64,000 nt of DNA from Vulcanimicrobiota bacterium (GTDB taxonomy: Bacteria; Vulcanimicrobiota; Vulcanimicrobiia; Vulcanimicrobiales; Vulcanimicrobiaceae): positions 576,001-640,000 of the forward strand of contig CAVTCS010000003.1 of assembly GCA_963733295.1 (NCBI GenBank). Direction: 5' to 3'. A program made the position numbers and the translations under genes. Below, piece after piece: positions 1 to 9,387 of the stretch (the first letter of the stretch is position 1; the number at the start of each line of letters is the position of its first letter). The notes beneath the pieces were generated by a model, which saw only the letters and a list, made by a program, of their open reading frames with translations, ran no database searches and was not told the DNA's origin.

Positions 1-1417
1 GGATCGACATCGCGTTCAGATCGGCGACGGCTGCTGCAGCCTCAGGCCGAAGCGCGTCCGCGATAGCGATCGTTCCGAGATACTTCGTCCCGTAAGCAAC
101 GTGGACAAGCGTCGCGGCGGCGTCCGATGTTTCGCTCGTTGCGATGCCTTCATCGTTGAGAAGTGCCGCGTTGCCCACGAGGATAGTCTCGCCTTCGAAG
201 AAGGCTCGAATACCGCGGCCCGGCGTGTATGAGAAGTCTTTGGGTTCTGCGATTGCGGCACCCAGAGACTCGGCATACGCAACGATCGCCGTCCCCAGGG
301 GATGCTCGGATCTCCGCTCCGCGATTGCAGCGATGCTCAGGAGTCGCTCAGGCGGGACTCCGAAGGACGGATTGAGCGAGCGAACCTCGGGCTTACCGAG
401 CGTAAGGGTTCCCGTCTTGTCGAAGATGACCGTATCGACTGCGGCGAGCGCTTCAAGATATCGGCCGCCCTTGACGATCGCGCCGGCACGGGCTGCTCGG
501 CCAACGGCGCCCAGGACCGCCAGCGGCGTTCCCGCAGCTATTCCACACGCTCCCGCGACAATGATGACCGAAATCGTCGCAACGATATTGCGTGTGATCA
601 GATACGTCAGAAGGGCCGCGGCGAGCGCGAAGTAGACGAGATAACCTGAGAGGCGATCGGCGAGGCGTTCGATAGGGGCACGAGACTTTTCGGCGGACTC
701 GACGGCGACGATAATGCGGCCGAAGCTCGTGTCGCGCCCGAGGCGCTCGGCGCGGATCTCTAGAGCGCCGCGCTGATTTACCGTGCCGGCGTAGGCGATC
801 GAACCGACCACCTTTTCGGCAGGCATCGATTCTCCGGTAATGCGCGCTTCATCGACGAACGAGGTGCCGGCGATTACCTCGCCGTCGACCGGCACAAGAG
901 CTCCTGGATTTACCAGCACCGCCTCTCCGACGGCGAGCTCGCCGGCGGGAACCTCCGCGATTACACCCTTGCGACGGACGAGTGCCGTCCTCGGCAAATA
1001 CCGAAGCAAATCACCGATCGCCTCACGGCCGCGCGAAACCGTAAGATGTTCGAGGATCTCGGCGGCCAGCACAAACGCGGTGATGACGAGCGCGGTAAAG
1101 TCTTGCCCGATCGAGAGCGCCGCGACCAGCGCGATCGTCATCGAGAGCTCCATCGTCATTCGACGCTCGACGATGTTCTCGAAGGCCTCTTTGAAGATCG
1201 GGTAGCCCCCGATCAGTGTCGCCAAGATTCCTATGACGCTGACGTGTGCAAATGGCTCCCAAACGCGAAACCACACGGCAGCGGCGGCGAGGGCGACGAA
1301 GGCCACGCGGAGCAGGTCAACCCGATCGATCTCAAAGTGGCCGGCGGCCTCGTGGTCGTCTTGCGCACCCGCGGGCGTCAGAATACTCTCGGCGTCACGC
1401 TCGACGTCTTCGATCAC
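1..1417 (-). CDS. Heavy-metal-translocating P1B-type ATPase (runs off window start; C-terminus missing)
   Basis: Manual translation from a GTG overlapping the upstream stop: TM segments, ITGES actuator motif, VIIVAGACGIAAGTP TM motif (556-542) and FDKTGTLT phosphorylation motif (~421-407). Absent from the ORF track because it has no stop in the window. Confidence 0.93.
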   Translation of the reverse strand, partial: MIEDVERDAESILTPAGAQDDHEAAGHFEIDRVDLLRVAFVALAAAAVWFRVWEPFAHVSVIGILATLIGGYPIFKEAFENIVERRMTMELSMTIALVAALSIGQDFTALVITAFVLAAEILEHLTVSRGREAIGDLLRYLPRTALVRRKGVIAEVPAGELAVGEAVLVNPGALVPVDGEVIAGTSFVDEARITGESMPAEKVVGSIAYAGTVNQRGALEIRAERLGRDTSFGRIIVAVESAEKSRAPIERLADRLSGYLVYFALAAALLTYLITRNIVATISVIIVAGACGIAAGTPLAVLGAVGRAARAGAIVKGGRYLEALAAVDTVIFDKTGTLTLGKPEVRSLNPSFGVPPERLLSIAAIAERRSEHPLGTAIVAYAESLGAAIAEPKDFSYTPGRGIRAFFEGETILVGNAALLNDEGIATSETSDAAATLVHVAYGTKYLGTIAIADALRPEAAAAVADLNAMSI

Positions 1418-1686
1418 TTCAGATAGGCCCTGACTACGTCGACAAGTTCGCCGGCGGCCTCATCGCGGGCGCGCGACGTCGGCCCGTTGAGAACGTGCGA
1501 AACGACGTGCTGCTCGAGCACTTCAGCCATGAGCCCGTTCATCGCGCCACGCGCGCCGGCTATGAGCTGGAGAGTCTCACCGCACTCATTCTCCGCCTCG
1601 AGGGCACGCTCGATTGCCTCGCATTGGCCCTTGATGCGGCGAACCCGAGCAAGCAGCTTCGCCTTGTCCCGAATGGTATGACTCAT
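1414..1686 (-). CDS. CsoR/RcnR/FrmR-family metal- or formaldehyde-sensing repressor
   Basis: 90 aa; KLLARVRRIKGQ..IERALE...C...LQ.IA..RGA.NGL...H pattern; N-terminal SH as in RcnR; cotranscribed with the ATPase. Confidence 0.9.
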   Translation of the reverse strand: MSHTIRDKAKLLARVRRIKGQCEAIERALEAENECGETLQLIAGARGAMNGLMAEVLEQHVVSHVLNGPTSRARDEAAGELVDVVRAYLK

Positions 1687-1710
1687 CCATGAGTCGTACG
1701 CCCTCGGGTA

Positions 1711-1731
1711 ATATAGTCCCCTAGGCTATAT
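1711..1731. promoter_or_regulatory. Probable CsoR/RcnR-family operator overlapping the -10 region
   Basis: Inverted repeat ATATAG-TCCCCTAGG-CTATAT: AT-rich arms flanking a C/G tract, 25 nt upstream of the repressor start. This is the typical architecture of CsoR/RcnR/FrmR operators. Confidence 0.7.
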
Positions 1732-1766
1732 GTCTTGGATCCCGTAATCGTCCGCCTGCCGCTCGT

Positions 1767-2186
1767 TCAAAGCGTTGGACGACACGGGAAGTTCATCGAA
1801 CTCACACGATTCGGATACGGGAAATTCTGATCGAGAACGGTGTAGGTAACCTTGGCATATGCAACGTCACCGTTGGGACACCGTTGACTCCCTGAGGCGG
1901 TCAGGCTCACTTTGTAACTGTGGAAGTGCCCGGCCGCGCAATTTGGGTTGCAGTCGTTTTGCTCGAGAGTGCCCGCGGCAGCGGCGGTGGATGCGCCCCA
2001 CTTCGTCCATTTCAACTTGACGGCGAGAATGCCGCCGTCGGCACAGGCGAACACAACTTCTGCCGGCCGGCTCTGTGGCGTACCGACGCAATTTGGCAGC
2101 ATTGTCGGTAAGCTAGTGCCGGCTTTCGACGGGGCTGTCGACGTAAGTAGAAGCGCGGCGATAGAACCCAATACGAGAGTGCGCAT
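1767..2186 (-). CDS. Hypothetical secreted Cys-rich protein
   Basis: Signal peptide, six Cys, CADG...W..WG...A.G...NDC.PNCAAG pattern; SD-like AAGGGA upstream. Confidence 0.7.
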   Translation of the reverse strand: MRTLVLGSIAALLLTSTAPSKAGTSLPTMLPNCVGTPQSRPAEVVFACADGGILAVKLKWTKWGASTAAAAGTLEQNDCNPNCAAGHFHSYKVSLTASGSQRCPNGDVAYAKVTYTVLDQNFPYPNRVSSMNFPCRPTL

Positions 2187-2290
2187 AGCATATTCCCTTG
2201 GAGATTACCTTGGGCGAATACGTCCGGCCCTTCGGTACCTTCCAAGGATCGCCTCGTCCGGGCGGGGCGTAGAGGGATTCGCGCCGGCGA

Positions 2291-2947
2291 TTACGGTTTC
2301 ACGAGCGGGTTCTTATAGGCGAACGCTCCGTCGGGGTTCGGTTTTATCCAGATGATGAGGTCCCACACCGCCGGGAAGTTGAACACGGTGACGACCTCCG
2401 AGGCGCTCTTGACCTTTCCGAGTTTGACGAGCGTCGCGGCGCTCGGATCCTCCAAGCTTCCGCCCGCCGCCAGCCAGTCGTCGTCAGCGACGTATAGATC
2501 GTACACGAGTTTGCCGTCGGGCTTCCTCGTCACGAAATGCATGTGACGGTCGAATTCCCACCACCGCCCAGGGTTGATGCCCCACAAACTGGGTGGCGTG
2601 TTTCCGGTCTTGAGGCGCGAAAAGTCGGCGCCGAGAAGCTGTCCGTGCTTGTCATACCAAAGCTGACTCGGATGATTGGCGTCGCTCGACTGCCATTGGC
2701 GGTTAGCGTAGCTGATGGCGCCCGAGTCGTCTTCGCTCGTGTAACGAACGTAGCCGGCCTTCTCGGCATCGCTCGCCGAAGCGAAACGCGGCCCCAAATC
2801 CGCTTGCGCTGCGGCAACGAAGGCCTTTTCGGAGGCGCTGAGCGGACCCCGAAAGGTCGGCTCGCGAAACGAAGGGTTCTCGTTTGCCAAAACGTCGCCG
2901 GCACTCGCCACTGCGAACAAGATCAGCGCTAGAAAAAGCCGTTTCAT
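2291..2947 (-). CDS. Hypothetical secreted protein
   Basis: Strong SD AAAGGAGGA before ATG 2947 (MKRLFLAL signal peptide); AEKAGY, PSQLWYD and C-terminal W..PNPDGAFA..NP motifs. Confidence 0.75.
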   Translation of the reverse strand: MKRLFLALILFAVASAGDVLANENPSFREPTFRGPLSASEKAFVAAAQADLGPRFASASDAEKAGYVRYTSEDDSGAISYANRQWQSSDANHPSQLWYDKHGQLLGADFSRLKTGNTPPSLWGINPGRWWEFDRHMHFVTRKPDGKLVYDLYVADDDWLAAGGSLEDPSAATLVKLGKVKSASEVVTVFNFPAVWDLIIWIKPNPDGAFAYKNPLVKP

Positions 2948-3097
2948 GGGTCCTCCTTTGAGGCTCTCTTCCATCCCGCGAACGCAACATTCAGCTTTTT
3001 GTTTATCCGTCACCTCCGACGGAGTCAGCGGCCGGCATCATCTTGGCGAGCGTGCCGGGAGAGGGGCGCAGTTTTGCCGGGCACTATCTAAGTTTCG

Positions 3098-3778
3098 ATG
3101 ATTCCCGCATGGCTCCACGCGCTCGCCGTCGTTGCATTATTGGGCGCATTCGTCAGCGCGCTGATCCTTGTCGTCGACATCGTCCGCCGCCCGCAGCCGA
3201 TGGGCGTCATGAATTTCGTGTGGCCCATCACCGCGCTCTATCTGGGTCCGGTTGCCGTGTGGTGGTATTGGGCGCTCGGGCGACCCGGACCCGAACCGGC
3301 TCCCGAACACGCACACCGCGCCGTCTCGCCGCGTCCCTTCTGGAAAACGATCGTCGTTGAGGCGACGCATTGCGGAGCCGGTTGCGTGCTGGGGGACATC
3401 GTTGCCGAGTTTGCAACTTTCTTTAGCGCCGCCACCATCGCCGGATCGGTGCTGTTCGCAGAATATGCCGGTGATTTCGTCCTCGCATTTACGTTCGGAG
3501 TGGCTTTTCAGTATTTCGCGATTGCGCCGATGCGAGGACTCGCGCTCCTTCCCGGTATCAAGGCCGCGGTTCAGGCCGATGCGATCTCCCTCACGGCGTT
3601 TGAGATCGGGCTCTTTGTTTGGATGTTCCTCATGACGCGTCTACCCTTTCACGAGGCGCTGAATCCGCTCCAGCCGAGTTTCTGGTTTCTCATGCAGCTC
3701 GGCATGATCGCCGGATATGCGACGTCGTATCCGGCAAATTGGTTTTTGGTTCGCGTCGGAATCAAACAGGCGATGTGA
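3098..3778 (+). CDS. DUF4396-domain membrane protein
   Basis: Multiple TM segments; PQPM.VMN.VWP, THCGAGC.LGD, FWF.MQ.GM..G..TSYPAN..L...GIK..M. Confidence 0.85.
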   Translation: MIPAWLHALAVVALLGAFVSALILVVDIVRRPQPMGVMNFVWPITALYLGPVAVWWYWALGRPGPEPAPEHAHRAVSPRPFWKTIVVEATHCGAGCVLGDIVAEFATFFSAATIAGSVLFAEYAGDFVLAFTFGVAFQYFAIAPMRGLALLPGIKAAVQADAISLTAFEIGLFVWMFLMTRLPFHEALNPLQPSFWFLMQLGMIAGYATSYPANWFLVRVGIKQAM

Positions 3779-3795
3779 GACGATCCTCTGGCCCC

Positions 3796-5013
3796 TTAGA
3801 AAGGCGACGCCGGCTGCTCGTCCGGGTCGACTGGGTTTTCTCCTAACAGAAAGCCGTACACCGCGCGTTCGAAGTCGCCATAGAGACGCACCGCCTCGGG
3901 ATCGCAGAAGGGTATGATCTGCGTAAGGATGACGCCGCCGACATTCTTGGCCGGGTCAAGCCAATAGTACGAGTTGGCGAGTCCTCCCCACGCGAGACTC
4001 CCCGCGCTGCGGCCGCCGGGAACTGCTTCGGAATTGACGATAAAGCTGAGACCCCAGCCGGCTTTCATGCCCGGGAAGACATCGACATCATTGGAGTACT
4101 GCGGCATGGCCGTCTTAAGCACACCTGCATTGAGATCGCCGATGTGGTTTTGCATCATCGCCGCAACGGTCTCGGGTTTGAGAATGCGAGCGCCGGCGAG
4201 TTCGCCGTCGCGCAGGAGCATTCGAAGGAAGAGGATGTAGTCGGGCGCCGTTCCGTAGAGTCCGCCGCCGCCCATCTCGAATTCGGGCTCTTGCTCGACT
4301 TCAAACGACGTCGGAACCAGTCCGTCGGGCGTGCGCGCGTGCATACCGGATAGGCGCCGGCGCTGAGCGGGCCCGATGCGGAACACCGTATCGCGCATGC
4401 CGAGCGGTCCGAGGATGTTGTCGTGCAGGTAAGCGCCGAGCTTCTGGCCTGACACAGCCTCGACGGCCTTGCCGGCCCAATCGATGCCGATCCCGTAATG
4501 CCAAGCGCTTCCCGGTTCGAAAAGAAGAGGCAGCGACAACGCGGCTTCTTGGCATGAGATGACGCTTGGCGTGCCCGTGTGCTCGAGATAGGCTAGCAGC
4601 TGCTCGCTCCAAATCTCATAACCGAAGCCGGCGGTGTGAGTGAGCAAGCGGCGCAAAGTAATAGGCTGCGTAGCGGGCCGAAGTTTCGGCGTCCCGTCGG
4701 TTTCGAAGCCTTCGAGGATGTTCGGCTTGGCGAGCGCGGGTAAGACGTCGCCGATCGGGCGGTCGAGATCGAGTTTACCTCGTTCCACGAGTTGCATTGC
4801 AGCCACCGCGGTGATCGCTTTGCTCATCGACGCGATCCAGACGACGGTGTCGGTCGTCATCGGATCGTCCCGATCGATGCTGCGCTTGCCGAACGCACCT
4901 TCATAAAGGGTCCCAAGGCCCGTGGCCGCAGCTCCCACGACCCCCGGTACGCGGCCCGCTTCGACGGCCTCGGAAAGGACCGCGTCGATACCGGGCTGGA
5001 CGTGGGTCTGCAT
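3796..5013 (-). CDS. Serine hydrolase, beta-lactamase/family VIII esterase type
   Basis: SMSK (SxxK), LLTHTAG, PG..W.YG, GGGGL, WGG motifs; no signal peptide. Confidence 0.9.
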   Translation of the reverse strand: MQTHVQPGIDAVLSEAVEAGRVPGVVGAAATGLGTLYEGAFGKRSIDRDDPMTTDTVVWIASMSKAITAVAAMQLVERGKLDLDRPIGDVLPALAKPNILEGFETDGTPKLRPATQPITLRRLLTHTAGFGYEIWSEQLLAYLEHTGTPSVISCQEAALSLPLLFEPGSAWHYGIGIDWAGKAVEAVSGQKLGAYLHDNILGPLGMRDTVFRIGPAQRRRLSGMHARTPDGLVPTSFEVEQEPEFEMGGGGLYGTAPDYILFLRMLLRDGELAGARILKPETVAAMMQNHIGDLNAGVLKTAMPQYSNDVDVFPGMKAGWGLSFIVNSEAVPGGRSAGSLAWGGLANSYYWLDPAKNVGGVILTQIIPFCDPEAVRLYGDFERAVYGFLLGENPVDPDEQPASPF

Positions 5014-5175
5014 AGTTTCGTCCTCACTTTTTATGAACGGAGCCCCAACTTTCCGAAGCGGTTCGCGAAATTCATCTCCGCGGACGCGACGACGGCACGC
5101 TGTCGTTTCGGGATAATCACCACGTTGGGCCGGTGTTACGCTCGAAGCGTTGCCCGGTCACGAGGAGTAAGAGAG

Positions 5176-6021
5176 TTGGCGCTGCCCAAGATCTTCGCAC
5201 TTATCATGATCGTTTCGACGATGCTCGGTGCCGGTTTGCAAGTGAACCTGCAGCACGTGGGCGCGATGTTCCGCCGCTACGATCTGTGGATCAAAGCCTT
5301 TGCCGCGAATTTCGTCTTGCTGCCGCTCTTCGCGTGGTTCCTCGTGAACGCGTTTCACGTCGACGCGTACGTCTCGATTGGGATTCTCTTGATGGCGATG
5401 TCACCGGGCGTCCCGTTCCTAGTGAACTCCGCTGCCGCGAAGCAGGGTGGGAGTCTCTCGTTTGCGCTTGGGATCGCCTTTCTCTTTTCCGCACTTTCGG
5501 TCATTACAATCCCCATAACGGCGGCATTGATCATGCCCGTCGGCCTGCAGCTGCCCTGGGGAAAATTCTTGACGACGTTGCTCGGGTTTCAGTTGGTGCC
5601 GCTTATCGTGGGCGCGCTCGTCGGCTCGCGATTGTCAGCCGAGTCGGATGAAAAACTGGCGCGAATTCTCCACCTGGCGTTCCTTGCAGCCACGCTCTGT
5701 CTGGTCGTAGTGCTTGGTCCCAAGCTCGTCAGCTCGGTCGCATCCGTCTACGGCTTCGGTCACCTTCTCGTGATCGCCGCGATCGGCATTTTCGCCCTCG
5801 CTGCGGGCTGGCTGCTCGGGGGACCAGATCGCCAACACCGTCGTACCCTTTCGATCGGTACGCTCATGCGCAACATCGGGCTTGCAGCGCTGGTGGGTAC
5901 GAGTGATTTCTCGGACACCCTGGTCGTCCCGACGGTCATCACGTACTTCGTGATTACGTTCGTACTGAGCCTACCGGTCCGAATGTACTATAAGCGTACC
6001 CGCGACGCCGTGGCTAGCTGA
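5176..6021 (+). CDS. Bile acid:sodium symporter (BASS)-family transporter
   Basis: TTG start after SD GAGGAG; ~9 TM segments; ANF..LP, MA.SPGVPF, RNIGLA motifs. Confidence 0.8.
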   Translation: MALPKIFALIMIVSTMLGAGLQVNLQHVGAMFRRYDLWIKAFAANFVLLPLFAWFLVNAFHVDAYVSIGILLMAMSPGVPFLVNSAAAKQGGSLSFALGIAFLFSALSVITIPITAALIMPVGLQLPWGKFLTTLLGFQLVPLIVGALVGSRLSAESDEKLARILHLAFLAATLCLVVVLGPKLVSSVASVYGFGHLLVIAAIGIFALAAGWLLGGPDRQHRRTLSIGTLMRNIGLAALVGTSDFSDTLVVPTVITYFVITFVLSLPVRMYYKRTRDAVAS

Positions 6022-6028
6022 AAACGCC

Positions 6029-6784
6029 ATGGAACTGCAGATCCAACAGTACAGTCTCGCGACGCTCGGCACGATGGGCGTCGTCAGCCTCATTGCGGCG
6101 ACGACGAACGCATTTAACGGAGCGCTCCTCGCGCGACGTCCGGACCACTACCACCACTTCACGGTGATGGGGGTCATTCTTATGGGTTATGCGGGTGGCA
6201 TCGGGGGCGGCGTGATGCGCGATATCCTCGTGAATAAGGTCCCGTCACCGCTAGTCAACCCGTGGTACCTGATTTTTTGCTTGGCCGCTGCCGCGCTCGC
6301 GCTCCTGCTGGACTATAACTCCACGCAGCGTTTCAAGGATGGCGTTTTCCAATTTATGACCGCATTTACGCTCCCATGGTACGCGATCGTGGGAGCCCAA
6401 ACTGCAGTCGACGCGAAGCTCGGCTACGCCGCGGCCATACTCATCGGCGTGATTGCGACGACGGGTGGCCGTTTCATCATCGACGTCGCGTGCAACGTGA
6501 TACCAAAGCAGCTCGTGCGCGGCGAGTTTTTCGTGCTGACCGCAGCCGCAACGGCGGTGCTCTATCTCGTTCTCCACGAACTCGTTGGCTGGTCCGAGGC
6601 CGCCGCAACCATCGTCGCGTTTTTCTTTGGCTTCGGCTTTCGGCTCTTGTCGCAAGCTCTCGGCTGGGAGGAGTGGGAGCCTTGGGAACCCGAGCCTTTG
6701 GAAGTTGGTGAGAAAGCACGCAAGAAACTCGGCGAGGGTCTGAAGGCCGAATTTGATTCAACCGACGGAGGGAAGCCGTCGTGA
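6029..6784 (+). CDS. TRIC (trimeric intracellular cation channel)/UPF0126-family membrane protein
   Basis: Duplicated GIGGGVMRDIL and TTGGRFIIDV repeats, ~7 TM segments. Confidence 0.85.
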   Translation: MELQIQQYSLATLGTMGVVSLIAATTNAFNGALLARRPDHYHHFTVMGVILMGYAGGIGGGVMRDILVNKVPSPLVNPWYLIFCLAAAALALLLDYNSTQRFKDGVFQFMTAFTLPWYAIVGAQTAVDAKLGYAAAILIGVIATTGGRFIIDVACNVIPKQLVRGEFFVLTAAATAVLYLVLHELVGWSEAAATIVAFFFGFGFRLLSQALGWEEWEPWEPEPLEVGEKARKKLGEGLKAEFDSTDGGKPS

Positions 6785-6789
6785 GCCTT

Positions 6790-7128
6790 TTACGGCGAAG
6801 GGCCCGTCCATTGGCCTGAACAGCTACCCATGACAGCCGAATCGCCGCTTTGGATCCCATACGTACCCTCGAACGTTTGGTACGTCTCGTCGAACGTAAC
6901 GCTCATCCACCCGGAGCGTTGCCGTTCGGCCCAAGTTGCTCGCAGCCGCAATTGCGACAGTTCTCCCTTTATCGTCCCATGCCGACCGAATCGCCCGGTA
7001 ACGTTGAACTCACTACGGTCGCACGGATTCAAGCGAAGTTTCGGCGCCCCAAAAAACAACGCGGAGGCACTATCGAGCCGGTACGAACCAGTGGGCGCAC
7101 GCATTTTGCTCGGATTAGCGTACCGCAA
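6790..7128 (-). CDS. Hypothetical small beta-rich protein
   Basis: Fills the gap downstream of the XRE regulator; G.I.G.L...L..TW.E...G...TFD.....F.G.YG pattern; start uncertain. Confidence 0.5.
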   Translation of the reverse strand: MRYANPSKMRAPTGSYRLDSASALFFGAPKLRLNPCDRSEFNVTGRFGRHGTIKGELSQLRLRATWAERQRSGWMSVTFDETYQTFEGTYGIQSGDSAVMGSCSGQWTGPSP

Positions 7129-7143
7129 CTCTAAGGCGAGGTT

Positions 7144-8067
7144 CTATCCCAAACCAACGTTGCAGTCCGAAAGAGCAGTTTGCGACGTCGACGGTGTGCC
7201 GAGCGCGGCAAGCCGGGCGAATTTCTCCGCGGAAGCGTCATCCGCGGGTCCGACGACCCGCAAGAAGAAGTCGTTCCTCCCCACGATGTGCAGGTTCGCA
7301 CCGAGGATCGCATAGCTGCCGACGACCGGGTGGTGTCGAGTCATTGGCGCGGAGCTCGAGTGGAAAAACTCCTCGGCAACGACCTGCTGCTTCCAGAGCT
7401 TTTGGAAGAGCTGATATCCGCTCGCGATTTCGTACACTTTTCGGGCGAACGCGGACGGCTCTTCCGCAAGGTACGCGCGGCGGAACATTCCCACCAGATT
7501 GCGGAGTAGATGTTCGTAGTCATCGCCGAAGTACTCGAACCGAGAGTCGTCGCGGTGCAGCCGTACGATCGCGTTGCGGTCCATCGGGTCCGGATACCGC
7601 GCATAGTCGAACATGGCATCCGCAATCGAATTCCATCGGACCGCGGTGACGTAGCGATCCCACAGCACCGCGCCGACGTTGTGGAGGCCCTGTATCAGTT
7701 GATCGATCATTAGGGGAACGCGGTCGTCCGAGGGGTAGGCGATCGGGAGCGGCATCGCGACCTTCGCGAGCGCAAAAACGTATTCGCTTTCGCTGCGGGT
7801 CAATCGAAGAACGCGCGTGATGGACAGGAGCGTAGCGGGAGAAGCTTTGACGTCGTGACCCGTTTCGAGCTTGGTATACCAGCCCGCACCGATCTCCGCG
7901 AGCAGCGCCACCTCTTCCCGTCGCAAGCCGGGCGTCCGCCGGCGGCCGTACCGGTTGAGACCGACGCTTTCCGGAGGAATCGATTCACGCCGGGCTCGTA
8001 AGAAAGCACCGAGCTCCTTGCGGCGCGTCTCGCCTCCGTCGGGCTTCCGGTCGCGCTCGGCGCTCAT
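7144..8067 (-). CDS. XRE/MmyB-family transcriptional regulator
   Basis: ELGAFLRARR...P..VGL...RRRTPGLRREEVA.LA.....WY..LE.G, followed by an MmyB-like PAS domain with HHPVVG. Confidence 0.92.
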   Translation of the reverse strand: MSAERDRKPDGGETRRKELGAFLRARRESIPPESVGLNRYGRRRTPGLRREEVALLAEIGAGWYTKLETGHDVKASPATLLSITRVLRLTRSESEYVFALAKVAMPLPIAYPSDDRVPLMIDQLIQGLHNVGAVLWDRYVTAVRWNSIADAMFDYARYPDPMDRNAIVRLHRDDSRFEYFGDDYEHLLRNLVGMFRRAYLAEEPSAFARKVYEIASGYQLFQKLWKQQVVAEEFFHSSSAPMTRHHPVVGSYAILGANLHIVGRNDFFLRVVGPADDASAEKFARLAALGTPSTSQTALSDCNVGLG

Positions 8068-8314
8068 GCGCCTGCCCTCTCGGCGGACAACCTGAAGACA
8101 GCTTTAGCAGCGAAGTTTTTGGTCATGAACGCGACGAGAAACGCCGTCAGCGGCCGCCGCATCGTACCGCTCCTTTCGGGCTCACGGAGAGGCGGTTTCG
8201 CTCGATGCCTAAGGCGTCCCCTTGACGGCGCCTCGTATAGCGCAGACCCCTCCCGGCGAGGCCAGGATAAATAGACGGCTCCCTATGTCTGCGCCCGAGC
8301 GCTAGGCTATCACC

Positions 8315-9385
8315 ATGGACAATTCGTTGCTGTGTCCGCCGTCCCTGACGGCGGGAGATTGTCGCGATAGCGCCGCCCTCGGGGAATCGCCCTTTGACCT
8401 GCCTTCGATGGTCCAGCTGACCCCTGCGCCTCCCACACTTGCGAGTTCAGTCGCGTGGGCCGAGTGGGACAACGTCAGACTGTACCGCTTAGATCTGGCG
8501 CACGGGGCCCGCTTGTGTCTGACGCCGGCGCCGCGAACCCGTTTGTATGGGTTGATCGTCCGCCGCAGTGCCGGGGTAACGCTGTCGGGTTCGCCCTGGA
8601 ATTCCCAGGAAATTGTCGTGGTTCAGAAAGGGGAACTCGACCTTTGCACCAACGGGCCCGGCGCATTCGTCTTGATCGAAGTGCGCGGCTCAGCCTTCTC
8701 AGCGTTTCTCGGCCCGGATTCAAAGCTCGATTCGAACCTTGCGTTCTTGGCGAGCGGGCCTTCAATAGAATCGTTGCGCGAGTCGTGCAATCGGGCGTTT
8801 TGGCTACGTGCACCTCATCAATCGATCGAGTCGACGAACGCCCTTCGCGACAACATCCTCGGGGTTCTTCGCCGGACGACTCAGCTCGCCGACGTTCGCC
8901 TTTCGGACGCTGCTTGCCGGGACCGATTCGAGCTGGTTCGGCGCGCCGAGGCCTTCATGTGGGCCCATGTCGACGAGCCGCTCGAGCTCAACCAGATCGC
9001 CGATGCCATCAACTGCGGTCCGCGAACGCTGATCTATTCGTTCAATCGCTGCTGCGGGCGCGGTCCGATGGGTTTCTTTCGCTTGCAGCGACTCAACGCC
9101 GTACGACAGGCACTCTTGGCTCGCACGCCACGCCGGCGAGTTATCGACGTTGCGATCGACTACGGCTTCTGGCATCAGGGGCACTTCGGCGCCGCTTACC
9201 GTCAGTTGTTCGGCGAAACTCCGGCGCAAACGCACGGTTCGAGAGCGGTCCCCAAGCAGTTATGGCTTGAAGGGCCCGCGACCGAGGTTGCCGGCGAACT
9301 CGCTCTGCGCCGACGAAACGTGGCCACACCGCGGCGGCACGTGCCGCGCAACGCGACGCTTAGCTGGAGCGATGGATCGGCCTGA
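8315..9385 (+). CDS. AraC-family transcriptional regulator (EutR-like)
   Basis: C-terminal double HTH: RTL.YSF...G.GP...RL..VR..L...V.DVA..YGFWH.GHF...YR.LFGETP. Confidence 0.88.
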   Translation: MDNSLLCPPSLTAGDCRDSAALGESPFDLPSMVQLTPAPPTLASSVAWAEWDNVRLYRLDLAHGARLCLTPAPRTRLYGLIVRRSAGVTLSGSPWNSQEIVVVQKGELDLCTNGPGAFVLIEVRGSAFSAFLGPDSKLDSNLAFLASGPSIESLRESCNRAFWLRAPHQSIESTNALRDNILGVLRRTTQLADVRLSDAACRDRFELVRRAEAFMWAHVDEPLELNQIADAINCGPRTLIYSFNRCCGRGPMGFFRLQRLNAVRQALLARTPRRRVIDVAIDYGFWHQGHFGAAYRQLFGETPAQTHGSRAVPKQLWLEGPATEVAGELALRRRNVATPRRHVPRNATLSWSDGSA

Positions 9386-9387
9386 GG

